Below are positions 1-9,381 of a stretch of DNA of 64,000 nt, piece after piece. The notes under the pieces were generated by a model. That model had not been told where the DNA came from, searched no databases, and was given only the letters and a program-made list of their open reading frames with translations. Position 1 is the stretch's first letter, and each line of letters begins with the position of its first letter. A program made the position numbers and the translations under genes. The stretch covers positions 4,968-68,967 of IMG/VR virus record IMGVR_UViG_3300021963_000106; one strand, 5' to 3'. The stretch is from a virus.

Positions 1-456
1 ATCAGCAGCAGTCGCAAGCATAAAATCTTCACCAACTTCAGTGTAACCTTCGTTGTTTGGTTTTACTGAACCAATACCACGAGAGGAAACTCCAAGAGTT
101 ACTCCTTCTTTAAGAAGTGACTCTGCAATCTTACCCATTGGGGTAGAAAGAATCTGCGCTTTACCGATAAAGTTGTTTCCTTCACGGTGCAGTGAAATAA
201 TTTTATGAGAAACACGATCAAGATTTACAGTTGGTCCATCTGGGTGTCCAAGTTCTCCAAGAGCACGACCTTTATCAACATACTGTTCTGTGTAACGTTT
301 TACCTCTCTTTCCATAACAGGTAAACGATACATTCTACCGTTTCTGTTTACAACTTCAGTTTGAAGGAAAGGTCCCTGAATATAAAGTGTCTTCTTACCG
401 TTGACAGTTTCGGTAAGGACTTCTACTGATTCGATTTCTTCGGTAATGAGTTTCAT
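1..456 (-). CDS. gp21: Prohead core scaffold/protease (T4 gp21-like), runs off the window's left edge
   Basis: Not in ORF track; manual translation MKLITEEIESVEV...LYIQGPFLQ...NRNGRMY...ALGELGHPDGPTVNLDRVSH is the typical gp21 sequence; lies downstream of the portal. Confidence 0.95.
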   Translation of the reverse strand, partial: MKLITEEIESVEVLTETVNGKKTLYIQGPFLQTEVVNRNGRMYRLPVMEREVKRYTEQYVDKGRALGELGHPDGPTVNLDRVSHKIISLHREGNNFIGKAQILSTPMGKIAESLLKEGVTLGVSSRGIGSVKPNNEGYTEVGEDFMLATAAD

Positions 457-1010
457 CATGCCTGTCCTGAAATTTGTACTTGTTGTAGGTGAATAACACC
501 AGATCCGGAATCTGATCTTGCTGCGAGTTTGAGTGAGTTTGTTAATGAAGCATCCGCAGATGAGAATGCAGTTGTAATTCCACTTGTATCAGTACCAATT
601 GAACATCTTGTCTGATGATACCCATTAACTCCAACTGAAGTGTCAACAGAAATAACTGGTTGATGAGTGATTAGAGAATTATAGTAACTTTGTGCTCCTG
701 ATAAAGTTACATAATCACCAACTCCAAAAGGACATTGAGTTCCTTCTGGGAAAATAATAGTGGTTGTAGTTCCTGTAGTAATACCAACAACTCTGTTAGA
801 TGCTTTTGTCAAAGCGAGAGTTGTTGCTTGTCCACTTGGAACATAAAAATCGGAAGTTGTTGCAGTTGGATTAGTTCCTATCGCAACGTGAGCACCTGCA
901 CCAACTGGAACAACTCTCAATACATTTGACTGCACTGAAAAAGCAGAAGACTGGGCAGATGTTGCATTAATTGTAATCGAGGTTCCACCCCCAACTGGTC
1001 TAAGAGCCAT
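456..1010 (-). CDS. Hypothetical virion-associated protein (Thr/Ser/Gly-rich)
   Basis: 184-aa ORF, late promoter ATAAATA upstream (1034-1040), abuts gp21 start. Confidence 0.75.
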   Translation of the reverse strand: MALRPVGGGTSITINATSAQSSAFSVQSNVLRVVPVGAGAHVAIGTNPTATTSDFYVPSGQATTLALTKASNRVVGITTGTTTTIIFPEGTQCPFGVGDYVTLSGAQSYYNSLITHQPVISVDTSVGVNGYHQTRCSIGTDTSGITTAFSSADASLTNSLKLAARSDSGSGVIHLQQVQISGQA

Positions 1011-1063
1011 TATTTTTATAGTACACTTTTAGTTATTTATTATTTAATCAAATTAAGATAAAA

Positions 1064-2398
1064 TTATCTACTAATCTCTTCCCAATCCATAGAAGCAAAG
1101 ATATCAGCACCTGCAGTATCAGATGCAGCAACTAAAGTTAGTTCATATGGAGTTTTAGTTAATCCATTTCTTTCTAACTGGAATTTGAAGAGTGCTTCTT
1201 TAAGAATATCCACTGATTGTGATGATTGGTTTGCTGAAGTGAGGAACCCAGATGCCAAAACTCTTCCACCACTAACAGAACCACCATCTATTTTATATTC
1301 AATCGCAGAGTCTGTGCCAGCACTCGTCCAAGTTCCACCTGATGTAGTTGCACTTGCTCTCACTTGCCAATTATATTGAGGACCATTTCCAGTTCCCATA
1401 ATTGATAGTGCTGTCATAATAACAATTGCATCCAATCTATCTGGTTGATTGTTGATTGGTGCTTTAAGTCTAATAGAAATGACAGGATAATATGTTCCAG
1501 CAGGAGTTGGTAAATCTACTGGTGCTGTAATTGGAGTAGATACTGCTTGCTGTAATCCTCTCAATTCGTAACCACCTTCGGAAATTACTGTGGAGCAAAC
1601 TTGTTTGAGAGTACTTGCACTGGTTGTAATTCCTGTGTTGCTAATTTCATATCTCAAAGGAAGTGATGCTGTTGTAATATAGGTTGATTGAATTATATTT
1701 GCGTGTTGGAAAGTATGTGCGTGAATAAAATTTCCATTAATTATAAATCCGAGTCTTACATTTCCAAGTCCTAACCACTCAATATCCATCCAAAAAATTT
1801 GTGCCTTAGTTACATCTAATGTAATTCCAGAAACACCAGTTCCATCCAACTTGTCAATATTCCAATTTGATTGATCAATTCTTGTTTCTGTCCCCAATGA
1901 CAAACTTCTTTCCACAAAATATGCAGTAGTTCCATCAACCTCAAAATATATTCCATTATCAGCACCAAAATACCCAACTCTTTGCCTTAGATTTTGTTTT
2001 GGTGGGTTCATTATAAAAGTATTCAAAGTCAGCAAAGACTTTCCTGGTTGATATGAAAATACTTTTGTAGTTTCTCTAATAATAGAATCAGTGCTTCCAA
2101 CACCTACAGTCATATTGACTAAACCTGCTGTAGTTGCAAATCCAACAGTAGAACCAGTTCCAACTATTAAACTATCCCACAGGTTATTATCTCTGTACCT
2201 ATGAGATGAGTCGAAAAGTGTTAATGGATTTGATACTCTTGTTCTTCCAAAAGCATCTGCATTTGCTGGAAGAACATCTACTGGAAACCGATTAAATCTA
2301 TCTACAATTTTACCGTCTCTGGTTGCAACGCCATTAACTTCAAAAAGACTTCTTTCTTGATTTAAGTAGTCTTGTGTTGTTATATTCCACTGAGCCAT
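1064..2398 (-). CDS. Hypothetical beta-rich structural/accessory protein, 444 aa
   Basis: Long ORF in head module, virion-like composition. Confidence 0.75.
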   Translation of the reverse strand: MAQWNITTQDYLNQERSLFEVNGVATRDGKIVDRFNRFPVDVLPANADAFGRTRVSNPLTLFDSSHRYRDNNLWDSLIVGTGSTVGFATTAGLVNMTVGVGSTDSIIRETTKVFSYQPGKSLLTLNTFIMNPPKQNLRQRVGYFGADNGIYFEVDGTTAYFVERSLSLGTETRIDQSNWNIDKLDGTGVSGITLDVTKAQIFWMDIEWLGLGNVRLGFIINGNFIHAHTFQHANIIQSTYITTASLPLRYEISNTGITTSASTLKQVCSTVISEGGYELRGLQQAVSTPITAPVDLPTPAGTYYPVISIRLKAPINNQPDRLDAIVIMTALSIMGTGNGPQYNWQVRASATTSGGTWTSAGTDSAIEYKIDGGSVSGGRVLASGFLTSANQSSQSVDILKEALFKFQLERNGLTKTPYELTLVAASDTAGADIFASMDWEEISR

Positions 2399-2400
2399 TA

Positions 2401-2718
2401 TTAATCAATCCACTCAAGTTTTGATGGGTGATACCTTTGTTTATTTTTAATATTAATATTTTTTTCCATTACTGGATAGATTTGGTGAACAATTGCACCT
2501 GGATACTCATTTTGCAACTGTTCGCCCAATTCTTGTTTGGATGGGATACCGGTATTTGTAGTTAATTTCATTCTATAAATTCCACCATTCCACAAAACAT
2601 CTGCAGCATATTCTTCTCCAACCTGTTGAGGTTCTGGTTGGGAATTAATGTAAAGATTCCCGTTAAAATCTCCAGAAATGTTTACTGATTCTGAGATGAA
2701 TTGTTTGAATGATTTCAT
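2401..2718 (-). CDS. Candidate internal head protein (N-terminus MKSFKQFISE)
   Basis: N-terminus resembles T4 capsid-targeting sequence MKTYQEFIAE. Confidence 0.65.
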   Translation of the reverse strand: MKSFKQFISESVNISGDFNGNLYINSQPEPQQVGEEYAADVLWNGGIYRMKLTTNTGIPSKQELGEQLQNEYPGAIVHQIYPVMEKNINIKNKQRYHPSKLEWID

Positions 2719-2873
2719 TCTTCCTCTACTTGACCGTTAAACATACTATTTGCAACTGCAGGCCTAAATTGATCGATTTTTTCTGCAGATTTTGTAAATA
2801 AAAGTTCTTTAATCTTATCACTGATCTGTGAGGGTGACTCGTCAGCAGCAATCATATCTAAAAGATCATCCAT
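2715..2873 (-). CDS. Small acidic prohead-core-like protein (gp67 position), 52 aa
   Basis: Manual translation MDDLLDMIAADESPSQISDKIKELLF...VEEE; TATAAATA upstream at 2899-2906; follows the portal gene. Confidence 0.7.
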   Translation of the reverse strand: MDDLLDMIAADESPSQISDKIKELLFTKSAEKIDQFRPAVANSMFNGQVEEE

Positions 2874-2901
2874 TTTTAATACCTAATAATATTTTCTTTA
2901 T

Positions 2902-4581
2902 TTATATCTCGCCACCCTTGGGCATTTCTGCAATCTTACCACTTGCTTCGGTTGCTTTTCCTTGTGAATCAAGATTTGGTTCCATCACTGGTTGACCAAG
3001 ATCCATTTGTGATGTTTGATCTAGTGGCATACCAGTCATTGGATCGACAGGTGCATTTGGATCTGGAATTAGTCCATCTTCAATTTCTTTCTTCATGATC
3101 TTATCTTGTTCAATAATTTCTTCATCAGTTTGACGAAGAATTTTTCTTCTTAGATAATCTTGAGAAAAATATCTTCCTACGTAAGGTTCTGCAATTTGAA
3201 CCATATTCAATCTTTCATTGAGAAGTTCTGCATCCTTAAGTTCTGCAAAGTGATTGTCATAAAGGAAGTCATATTGAATATGTTCTTCCATAATATCCCA
3301 GTCTTGTGGGGTGATTATATTCTTTAGAATCAATTGAGTTCTCAACATATCGTGGAACATATATGAGAATCTCTTTCTCAGACGGGCAACAAACTTGCTA
3401 AACTTAACTTCATCACGAAGAATCTCTGATGAACGACCAAGATTGAATCCACCTTCTCCATCCATTCTTGATGGAGGAACATTCAGTGAACGATATAATT
3501 TTTTCTTAAAATACTCAATATCAGTAATTTCTCCAAGATTTTGTCCACCTGGGAGAGTTGAAATTTCAGTTCCTCTACCACCTTCACGTCTTGGAAGCCA
3601 GAAATCCTCAAGCATTGCCATAAATTTCTTGTCGTCACGAATTTCTCCGGTGTTTGCGTCATAAACAAGTTTGTTGCGATAACGCATCATAACATCGCGG
3701 AGATATTGTTCTGCCTTAACTTTAGGTAGATTGCCTACATCAATATAGAAAATTCTACGTTCTGGCGCACGAGACAATCTGTAAATAACAAGAGAGTCCT
3801 CAATCATGCGAAGTTGATTGAGAGACTTAATTGCTTTGTGGAGATATGAAAGTGTTGATCCTTTATTTCTATCTACAAGTCCAGAGGTGCAGTATGTAAT
3901 AGAATCCTTTGACATTTTGATGCCAGCAGTTCCTCCAAGAGAAGATGGATTACTTGCTGGATACGTCATTTTTGGATTATAAACAAAGTATTCCTCAATT
4001 TGAGGAAATTCAAAATCCATTGGATTATCCGAATTAATATTCGATAATCTGTACTTGTCCTTTTCACTTTTCTTTTGTTGCCTTACATACCTCATTTTCA
4101 TTGGGTCTATGTAACGCAACTCTTGAATCCCTTCATGGGGATTTTTTAAATCAATTACTTTGTGGTAATATAATCTACCATCAACATACCAGTTTCTATA
4201 GATTTCGTGAGATTTTTTATCGAAATCTAAAAGAGAAAGAATATATTTAAACTCTTGTCTTATCTTCTTCTTAATACCATCACTGGCATTTAAATTGGAA
4301 AGTTCAATTTCTACGGGAGTATCATTTGTGTCAGATACAATTGCTTCGTTCACAATATCTTCGATAGCACTGTCACACTCTGGATGAAGTGCCATTTCAC
4401 GATATCTTTTAATTAGATCAAACTCAGTTCTATAAACACCCTCAATATCTACATAAGATCCAAAAAAACCACTACTCAAGTAATGATCAGTCCCGTCCTC
4501 ATTATTTTGAGGAACGGGACTGACTACACCTGGAGATAATGGTTCGTTATCCTCTATAGAGAATCCAAACAATCTTGCCAT
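2902..4581 (-). CDS. gp20: Portal vertex protein
   Basis: Motifs YREMALHPECDSAIEDIVNEAI, IYRLSRAPERRIFYIDVGNLPK, EDFWLPRREGGRGTEI. Confidence 0.98.
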   Translation of the reverse strand: MARLFGFSIEDNEPLSPGVVSPVPQNNEDGTDHYLSSGFFGSYVDIEGVYRTEFDLIKRYREMALHPECDSAIEDIVNEAIVSDTNDTPVEIELSNLNASDGIKKKIRQEFKYILSLLDFDKKSHEIYRNWYVDGRLYYHKVIDLKNPHEGIQELRYIDPMKMRYVRQQKKSEKDKYRLSNINSDNPMDFEFPQIEEYFVYNPKMTYPASNPSSLGGTAGIKMSKDSITYCTSGLVDRNKGSTLSYLHKAIKSLNQLRMIEDSLVIYRLSRAPERRIFYIDVGNLPKVKAEQYLRDVMMRYRNKLVYDANTGEIRDDKKFMAMLEDFWLPRREGGRGTEISTLPGGQNLGEITDIEYFKKKLYRSLNVPPSRMDGEGGFNLGRSSEILRDEVKFSKFVARLRKRFSYMFHDMLRTQLILKNIITPQDWDIMEEHIQYDFLYDNHFAELKDAELLNERLNMVQIAEPYVGRYFSQDYLRRKILRQTDEEIIEQDKIMKKEIEDGLIPDPNAPVDPMTGMPLDQTSQMDLGQPVMEPNLDSQGKATEASGKIAEMPKGGEI

Positions 4582-4617
4582 AATTTATTTGTTTAAGTTT
4601 AGTCCTATAGATATTTA

Positions 4618-5199
4618 TTACTGTTCCCCAGTCACTGGTGTCCAGTATTGAACTTGGAATTCAACAGTAAATTCCTCAATAGTATCTGAAGTATCATATG
4701 AAAGATCAATTGCAGAAACGTTTGTTGGGAAAACACTGTAGAACTTGTAAGTGGCTGCGGTGTTTTGTGTCAATCCGGTACCCTCTCCATTACCATTTCT
4801 AGTAACTGTTGAAGGTCCTCTCTTTAGTTGTTTTACGTATGCGTCAACCATGTAAGTTGCAGGATCTGTAGCACCACTTGCATCACCATACTGACCAATA
4901 AAGTTCATCCAATTTTCCATTACCTGTCTGATTTCAAAACTTTCATCATTAATGATAGTAACAGTCCAGGTATCGAATGTGCGATCTCCCGCTACTTTAA
5001 AGATTCTTCCTCTAAAAGGAACATCGATCGATGCAATGTTTGATGCTGGTAACTGCGCTGCCTTACAAAGAATAGAGAATGACTCTCCCAAAGAACCACC
5101 ACCAGGAATAGTTCCTGGGATGGTCACTTCGAACAGATTGGGTCTTGCGCCACCGCCAATGAGAGTGGATTTAAATTTTGAAATTGTTGACTCTGCCAT
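4618..5199 (-). CDS. gp19: Tail tube protein
   Basis: GGARPNLFEV, FRGR..KVAGDRTFDTWTVT, IEEFTVEFQ motifs; between sheath and portal. Confidence 0.96.
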   Translation of the reverse strand: MAESTISKFKSTLIGGGARPNLFEVTIPGTIPGGGSLGESFSILCKAAQLPASNIASIDVPFRGRIFKVAGDRTFDTWTVTIINDESFEIRQVMENWMNFIGQYGDASGATDPATYMVDAYVKQLKRGPSTVTRNGNGEGTGLTQNTAATYKFYSVFPTNVSAIDLSYDTSDTIEEFTVEFQVQYWTPVTGEQ

Positions 5200-5231
5200 T
5201 TTTAGGTCCTCCTTTTTAGGTTAAATTAAAA

Positions 5232-7406
5232 TCAAACAGTACCAGCAACTTCTTCAAAACTTACTCCCGTTCTGGTAGCAACAAAAGTAAGAGTTACATA
5301 ATTAATAGACTTGGCAGGCTTCAGATAAATGTCTGCCCTAAATTCATTATTATCAATCACATCTGGAGTGTTGTTTGAGGTATCGCAAACCACTAAGAAA
5401 CCATATAGTCCTCTCTTCGCTTGAACATCACGTAGATATGGTTCAACGATATTTCTAAAGTTTGCTCTTGTAATTTCATCGTTTAGTTCAAAGAGTTGAG
5501 CTTGAGCCGCTCTTTGAAGTGATTGTTCAATTGTTAAGAAGAGACGACGAACGTTGATGCGATCAAATGCCGATGCATATCCTAGAGCGGTTTTGTCTCC
5601 AAATAGAAGAATACCAATTCCAGGTTGATTGACAATCGAATTAATTCTCAATGGATAAAGTTGGTCTCTTTGTGCCTTGTTGGGGTTGTATGCAAGTTTA
5701 ATTGCATTATTTAAAATTCCTCTTTGTTGTCCAGCAGGAGAGAACCATGGATATGCAACAATATTTGTTCTTACCATCAATCCAGCAACATCTGGGTTAC
5801 ATGGAATGTATCTGAACTTATTGTTGAATCTATCATATGTGTACTTGTATCCACTATCAAAAACTGCATATGATGAAGAAGCTAGTGGAGAGAAGAACTG
5901 AATTATGTTATTTGTCTGTGTATCGGTGTTGGTAATTGGTCCATCAGATACAGTTCCTGTTAATACATCTGCCTTGTGTGGAGAAATAACAGCAACACAA
6001 TCCTTTCTAGATTCTGCAATAGAAATTAGATGGTTCGCTTTAGCTTGAGATTCTGATTTATTTGAAAGACTTGGACCACAGATTAGGAAATCAACTTCAA
6101 TCTCATCTCTATTTGAGAATAGATTGTATGAAGTAATTAAATCTCCAAGAGTAGCACTCATTCCATTTGATGATGAGTAATCAACACCACCATTTAAGGT
6201 ATATGTGGTATTTCCAATAACGTTGAAAACTACTCCTTGAGCAGATTGATTCCACAATCCACTTGCAGTTGTGATTCCAGTAAATCCAGAACTAAATCCA
6301 GATGGAGAAACAAAACCGTCTGATCCATCAGATGGATTGTCTCCAGCATAAACGTATGATGAGTTAGTTGCTAGATAATCTTTCCAGTATGATTTTTGTG
6401 GAGAATTTTCTGCTGAAACAGCGTCAGAAGCTTTAGAAAGGAATAGATGCTTTTCTAGTAAGTTTCCTTGGATTCCAGTTACAGATCCTAAATCATCTAC
6501 AACTACAACGTGTATTGCATCATTTTTACCCTGTCTAGAAACAGAATAATTACTTGAAGTTGGTTTAGGTGCAATTGATTTCCAGTAAATTGTGGAATTT
6601 GTCAACCCTAAAGTTTGTTGATCATACCAATCAAGAACCGTAGTATCACCAGATCCTAAGGTTGTTGTTGTAACTGCTGCTCCTGAAGAGTTAATAACAG
6701 AAACTGAATTACCTGGTCTAAAGGAGTATGCCTGATCTCTTTGTGAATAAGTAACCGATGTTTCTACACCAGCGGAACTTACTCTAGAAACAATTTTAAC
6801 GTCAACTGTGGTTAGTCCAATTCCAGTGACAATGCCCTTCAAATAACCAGTGAATGTTGTTGTTGTTCCTAATCCAGCAATAACTTGATTAGTCAATGCT
6901 GTTGTAACACCCATACCAACAGAAACTCCGGATGTTGATCCGATAGTTAAAACTTGGTCTGCTTTGTCATCAATTAAACAAACTTTCAGTTTATTTGACC
7001 ATGACCCTGGATTTTTTGCAGCAAATCCCCAGGTTACACTATCACTAGAATAGTTTGCATTGTAATCATCAAAATTTTTGATTTTTAGTGATGTGGAAAT
7101 GCCAGATCTTGTGGCATTTGCGTTATTTAAAGTAGAACCATTAGTTCTTGCTACTTTAAGAACGCCACCGTATGAAAGGAAAGAAGATGCACTCATCCAG
7201 TACTCATACTGAGCGTCTGTGGAAAGAGGCTTTCCAAAAGTGTTGATTAATTCTTGTTCTGTTGTAATATCAATAGCTTCATCTACTGGTCCAATTGCAA
7301 AAGGGCCCGCAATTGCTCCAATATTATCAAGTACATTATCAGCTCTTCCTACAGTTAAATCAACTTCCCTGACGAGTACGCCTGGAGATAATTGAGGAGT
7401 CGCCAT
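5232..7406 (-). CDS. gp18: Tail sheath protein
   Basis: SPGVLVREVDLT, PWFSPAG, FDRINVRRLF, PAKSINYVTLTF motifs. Confidence 0.98.
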   Translation of the reverse strand: MATPQLSPGVLVREVDLTVGRADNVLDNIGAIAGPFAIGPVDEAIDITTEQELINTFGKPLSTDAQYEYWMSASSFLSYGGVLKVARTNGSTLNNANATRSGISTSLKIKNFDDYNANYSSDSVTWGFAAKNPGSWSNKLKVCLIDDKADQVLTIGSTSGVSVGMGVTTALTNQVIAGLGTTTTFTGYLKGIVTGIGLTTVDVKIVSRVSSAGVETSVTYSQRDQAYSFRPGNSVSVINSSGAAVTTTTLGSGDTTVLDWYDQQTLGLTNSTIYWKSIAPKPTSSNYSVSRQGKNDAIHVVVVDDLGSVTGIQGNLLEKHLFLSKASDAVSAENSPQKSYWKDYLATNSSYVYAGDNPSDGSDGFVSPSGFSSGFTGITTASGLWNQSAQGVVFNVIGNTTYTLNGGVDYSSSNGMSATLGDLITSYNLFSNRDEIEVDFLICGPSLSNKSESQAKANHLISIAESRKDCVAVISPHKADVLTGTVSDGPITNTDTQTNNIIQFFSPLASSSYAVFDSGYKYTYDRFNNKFRYIPCNPDVAGLMVRTNIVAYPWFSPAGQQRGILNNAIKLAYNPNKAQRDQLYPLRINSIVNQPGIGILLFGDKTALGYASAFDRINVRRLFLTIEQSLQRAAQAQLFELNDEITRANFRNIVEPYLRDVQAKRGLYGFLVVCDTSNNTPDVIDNNEFRADIYLKPAKSINYVTLTFVATRTGVSFEEVAGTV

Positions 7407-7441
7407 GTTTTTCTCCGTAAAATCTCAGTTTATCTAAAAAA

Positions 7442-7448
7442 TATTTAT
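7442..7448 (-). promoter_or_regulatory. T4-type late promoter (ATAAATA) upstream of gp18; similar sites at 1034, 2899, 4612, 12745, 17931, 25155, 40002
   Basis: TATAAATA-like motif 25-50 nt upstream of structural gene starts, often overlapping the previous stop codon. Confidence 0.75.
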
Positions 7449-7490
7449 TAAAAAATTACTTTTCGTGAGGGAAATGTGACGTGAACGTAT

Positions 7491-7721
7491 TTACCAGTCT
7501 GGATATCTTTCTTCTATGATTCCACCATTACTTTTTCTGGAAGTTAAAATTCTTTTTACCGTACAGTCTTTGCATTCATAAGAATATGAAGATGCCACAG
7601 GGCCTCTATCTTTTCGTGTTCTGTAAAAACCATCTATTAAATTTTTAATTTCTCCACAAACTCTACATTTTCTATCTACAAGTAATAAATGTCCAAGTTT
7701 TATTTGACTATCTAGTTCCAT
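7491..7721 (-). CDS. Small CxxC...CxxC zinc-binding protein
   Basis: CRVC...CKDC; tightly coupled to gp17 stop. Confidence 0.8.
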   Translation of the reverse strand: MELDSQIKLGHLLLVDRKCRVCGEIKNLIDGFYRTRKDRGPVASSYSYECKDCTVKRILTSRKSNGGIIEERYPDW

Positions 7722-9365
7722 TTACATATATTCCCACATATAAGATCTATCACCATATTCATCTACAAACCATCTATCTCCATCTTGATCTACAAAACTT
7801 GTACTATCTAAACCATCTGAAATAAATCCAAATGGTGACATATCTTGTTCAATCTGATTTTTTTGTTCCTCATATAATCTTTTTCTTACGTCTTGGTCAG
7901 TTAATTCTTTAAAATAATCTTGAGCGACTAACCAAGCGTAAATTACAAGACACATCGCTAAGTCATCATTACAACCTTCTTCAGCTTCAAATGAATTATG
8001 TTTTTGAATAAAAGTTGTTAGTTCACTTATAATCTCATAATCATTTAAAAGTAATTTGTTTTCCTCAATCATTGTTTTGAGGTTAAGACATCCAACCTTC
8101 TTCACAGTTTTTGACATCTTAACTCCAAGTTGTGTTTTTTTTCCAGAAAAACCTTGACCAACTATTTGTCCAGCTCTACCTCTCATGGAACACATCAAAA
8201 GATTATTATATTCCAAATCATATTGAAGAATACTTGCTACTTGATCTCCAACATCATTTACTTCACATAGAATATAGGCATTATTATATGCAGTTGCTGC
8301 CTCATGAACTATGCTTGGAAAAAGCATAGGTTTAATTTCATTGTTTCTATACTTTGCAACAACTTGATGTGGAAATTGAGTTATATCTACAACAGTAAAT
8401 GCGGAATAATCATTACCCACACCTCTGGCAACGTCCACAGTGATAAGATAATCGTGATTCTCTTTCGGGTCCACATAAACATCTAAACCTGCACTACGAG
8501 TCTTAGGAGCGTCGTAGACGAGTGTTCTGAGTTTAGATGGTGCAATAAGAGTATCGACGGATCCAAGGAATTCACACTCAAATTCAACCTTGAACTGTTG
8601 TTCACTGGTGTTAGCAATAGTCTGTTTTTTCCACTCCTCATCTCTTCCTGGTACTTCACTCCAATGAACATCGGTAAAAACATATTCATTCTTGCCCTTT
8701 TCAGCATCATGCCACATTCGGTAGAAATGATTCATACCATGAGGCGTTGATACAATTATGACTTTCGTTTGTTTACCGGAAGTAATAGTAGGATAAACAG
8801 ATGCAAAGAAGGAATCTGCGATATGGTTTGGAACGAAAGCGAACTCATCGAGAAAGAGGATATTGAACGACATGCCTCGGACAGCACTTGCAGACGTAGA
8901 AGCAGCCAGAATCTTTGATCCATTTTCTAACTCCAGAGAACCTTTATTCCAAGATATGATACCTTGTTGCATCCACTTGGGTAGGTTCTCATACGCAGTT
9001 TGCAATCTGTCCAAAAGTTCTCTTGCAGTTGCTGCTTTGTTTGCAAGAATACCGATATTTACATTATCATTAAAAACTGCATAATGTAATAGAAAAGATA
9101 CCACAGTGGTAGATTTACCAGTCTGTCTAGGCATCTTACAGATATTAAATCTGTGATTATGGAAATTATTAATTAACTTTTCTTGGAAATGATATGGTTT
9201 AAAAGTTTGAAGACCATGATCCAAGGTCACGATCTTCACATAATTATTTGCAAAGTAAACTGGATCATCCTTACATCTCATAAACTCAAGAATTTGTTCT
9301 TGAGTAAATTCAATCGGAGTATTTGCTTTTTTTAATAACGGGTTACCAAGATATACATCACTCAT
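7722..9365 (-). CDS. gp17: Terminase large subunit
   Basis: PRQTGKST Walker A, ILFLDEFAF Walker B, DVARG and NDDLAM nuclease motifs; no intein evident. Confidence 0.98.
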   Translation of the reverse strand: MSDVYLGNPLLKKANTPIEFTQEQILEFMRCKDDPVYFANNYVKIVTLDHGLQTFKPYHFQEKLINNFHNHRFNICKMPRQTGKSTTVVSFLLHYAVFNDNVNIGILANKAATARELLDRLQTAYENLPKWMQQGIISWNKGSLELENGSKILAASTSASAVRGMSFNILFLDEFAFVPNHIADSFFASVYPTITSGKQTKVIIVSTPHGMNHFYRMWHDAEKGKNEYVFTDVHWSEVPGRDEEWKKQTIANTSEQQFKVEFECEFLGSVDTLIAPSKLRTLVYDAPKTRSAGLDVYVDPKENHDYLITVDVARGVGNDYSAFTVVDITQFPHQVVAKYRNNEIKPMLFPSIVHEAATAYNNAYILCEVNDVGDQVASILQYDLEYNNLLMCSMRGRAGQIVGQGFSGKKTQLGVKMSKTVKKVGCLNLKTMIEENKLLLNDYEIISELTTFIQKHNSFEAEEGCNDDLAMCLVIYAWLVAQDYFKELTDQDVRKRLYEEQKNQIEQDMSPFGFISDGLDSTSFVDQDGDRWFVDEYGDRSYMWEYM

Positions 9366-9381
9366 AATAAAAACCTACTTA

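Noticed and set aside
7722-9365. Intein or intron in terminase or other core genes
   Set aside because: Lengths and motifs are continuous; no Hint motifs seen
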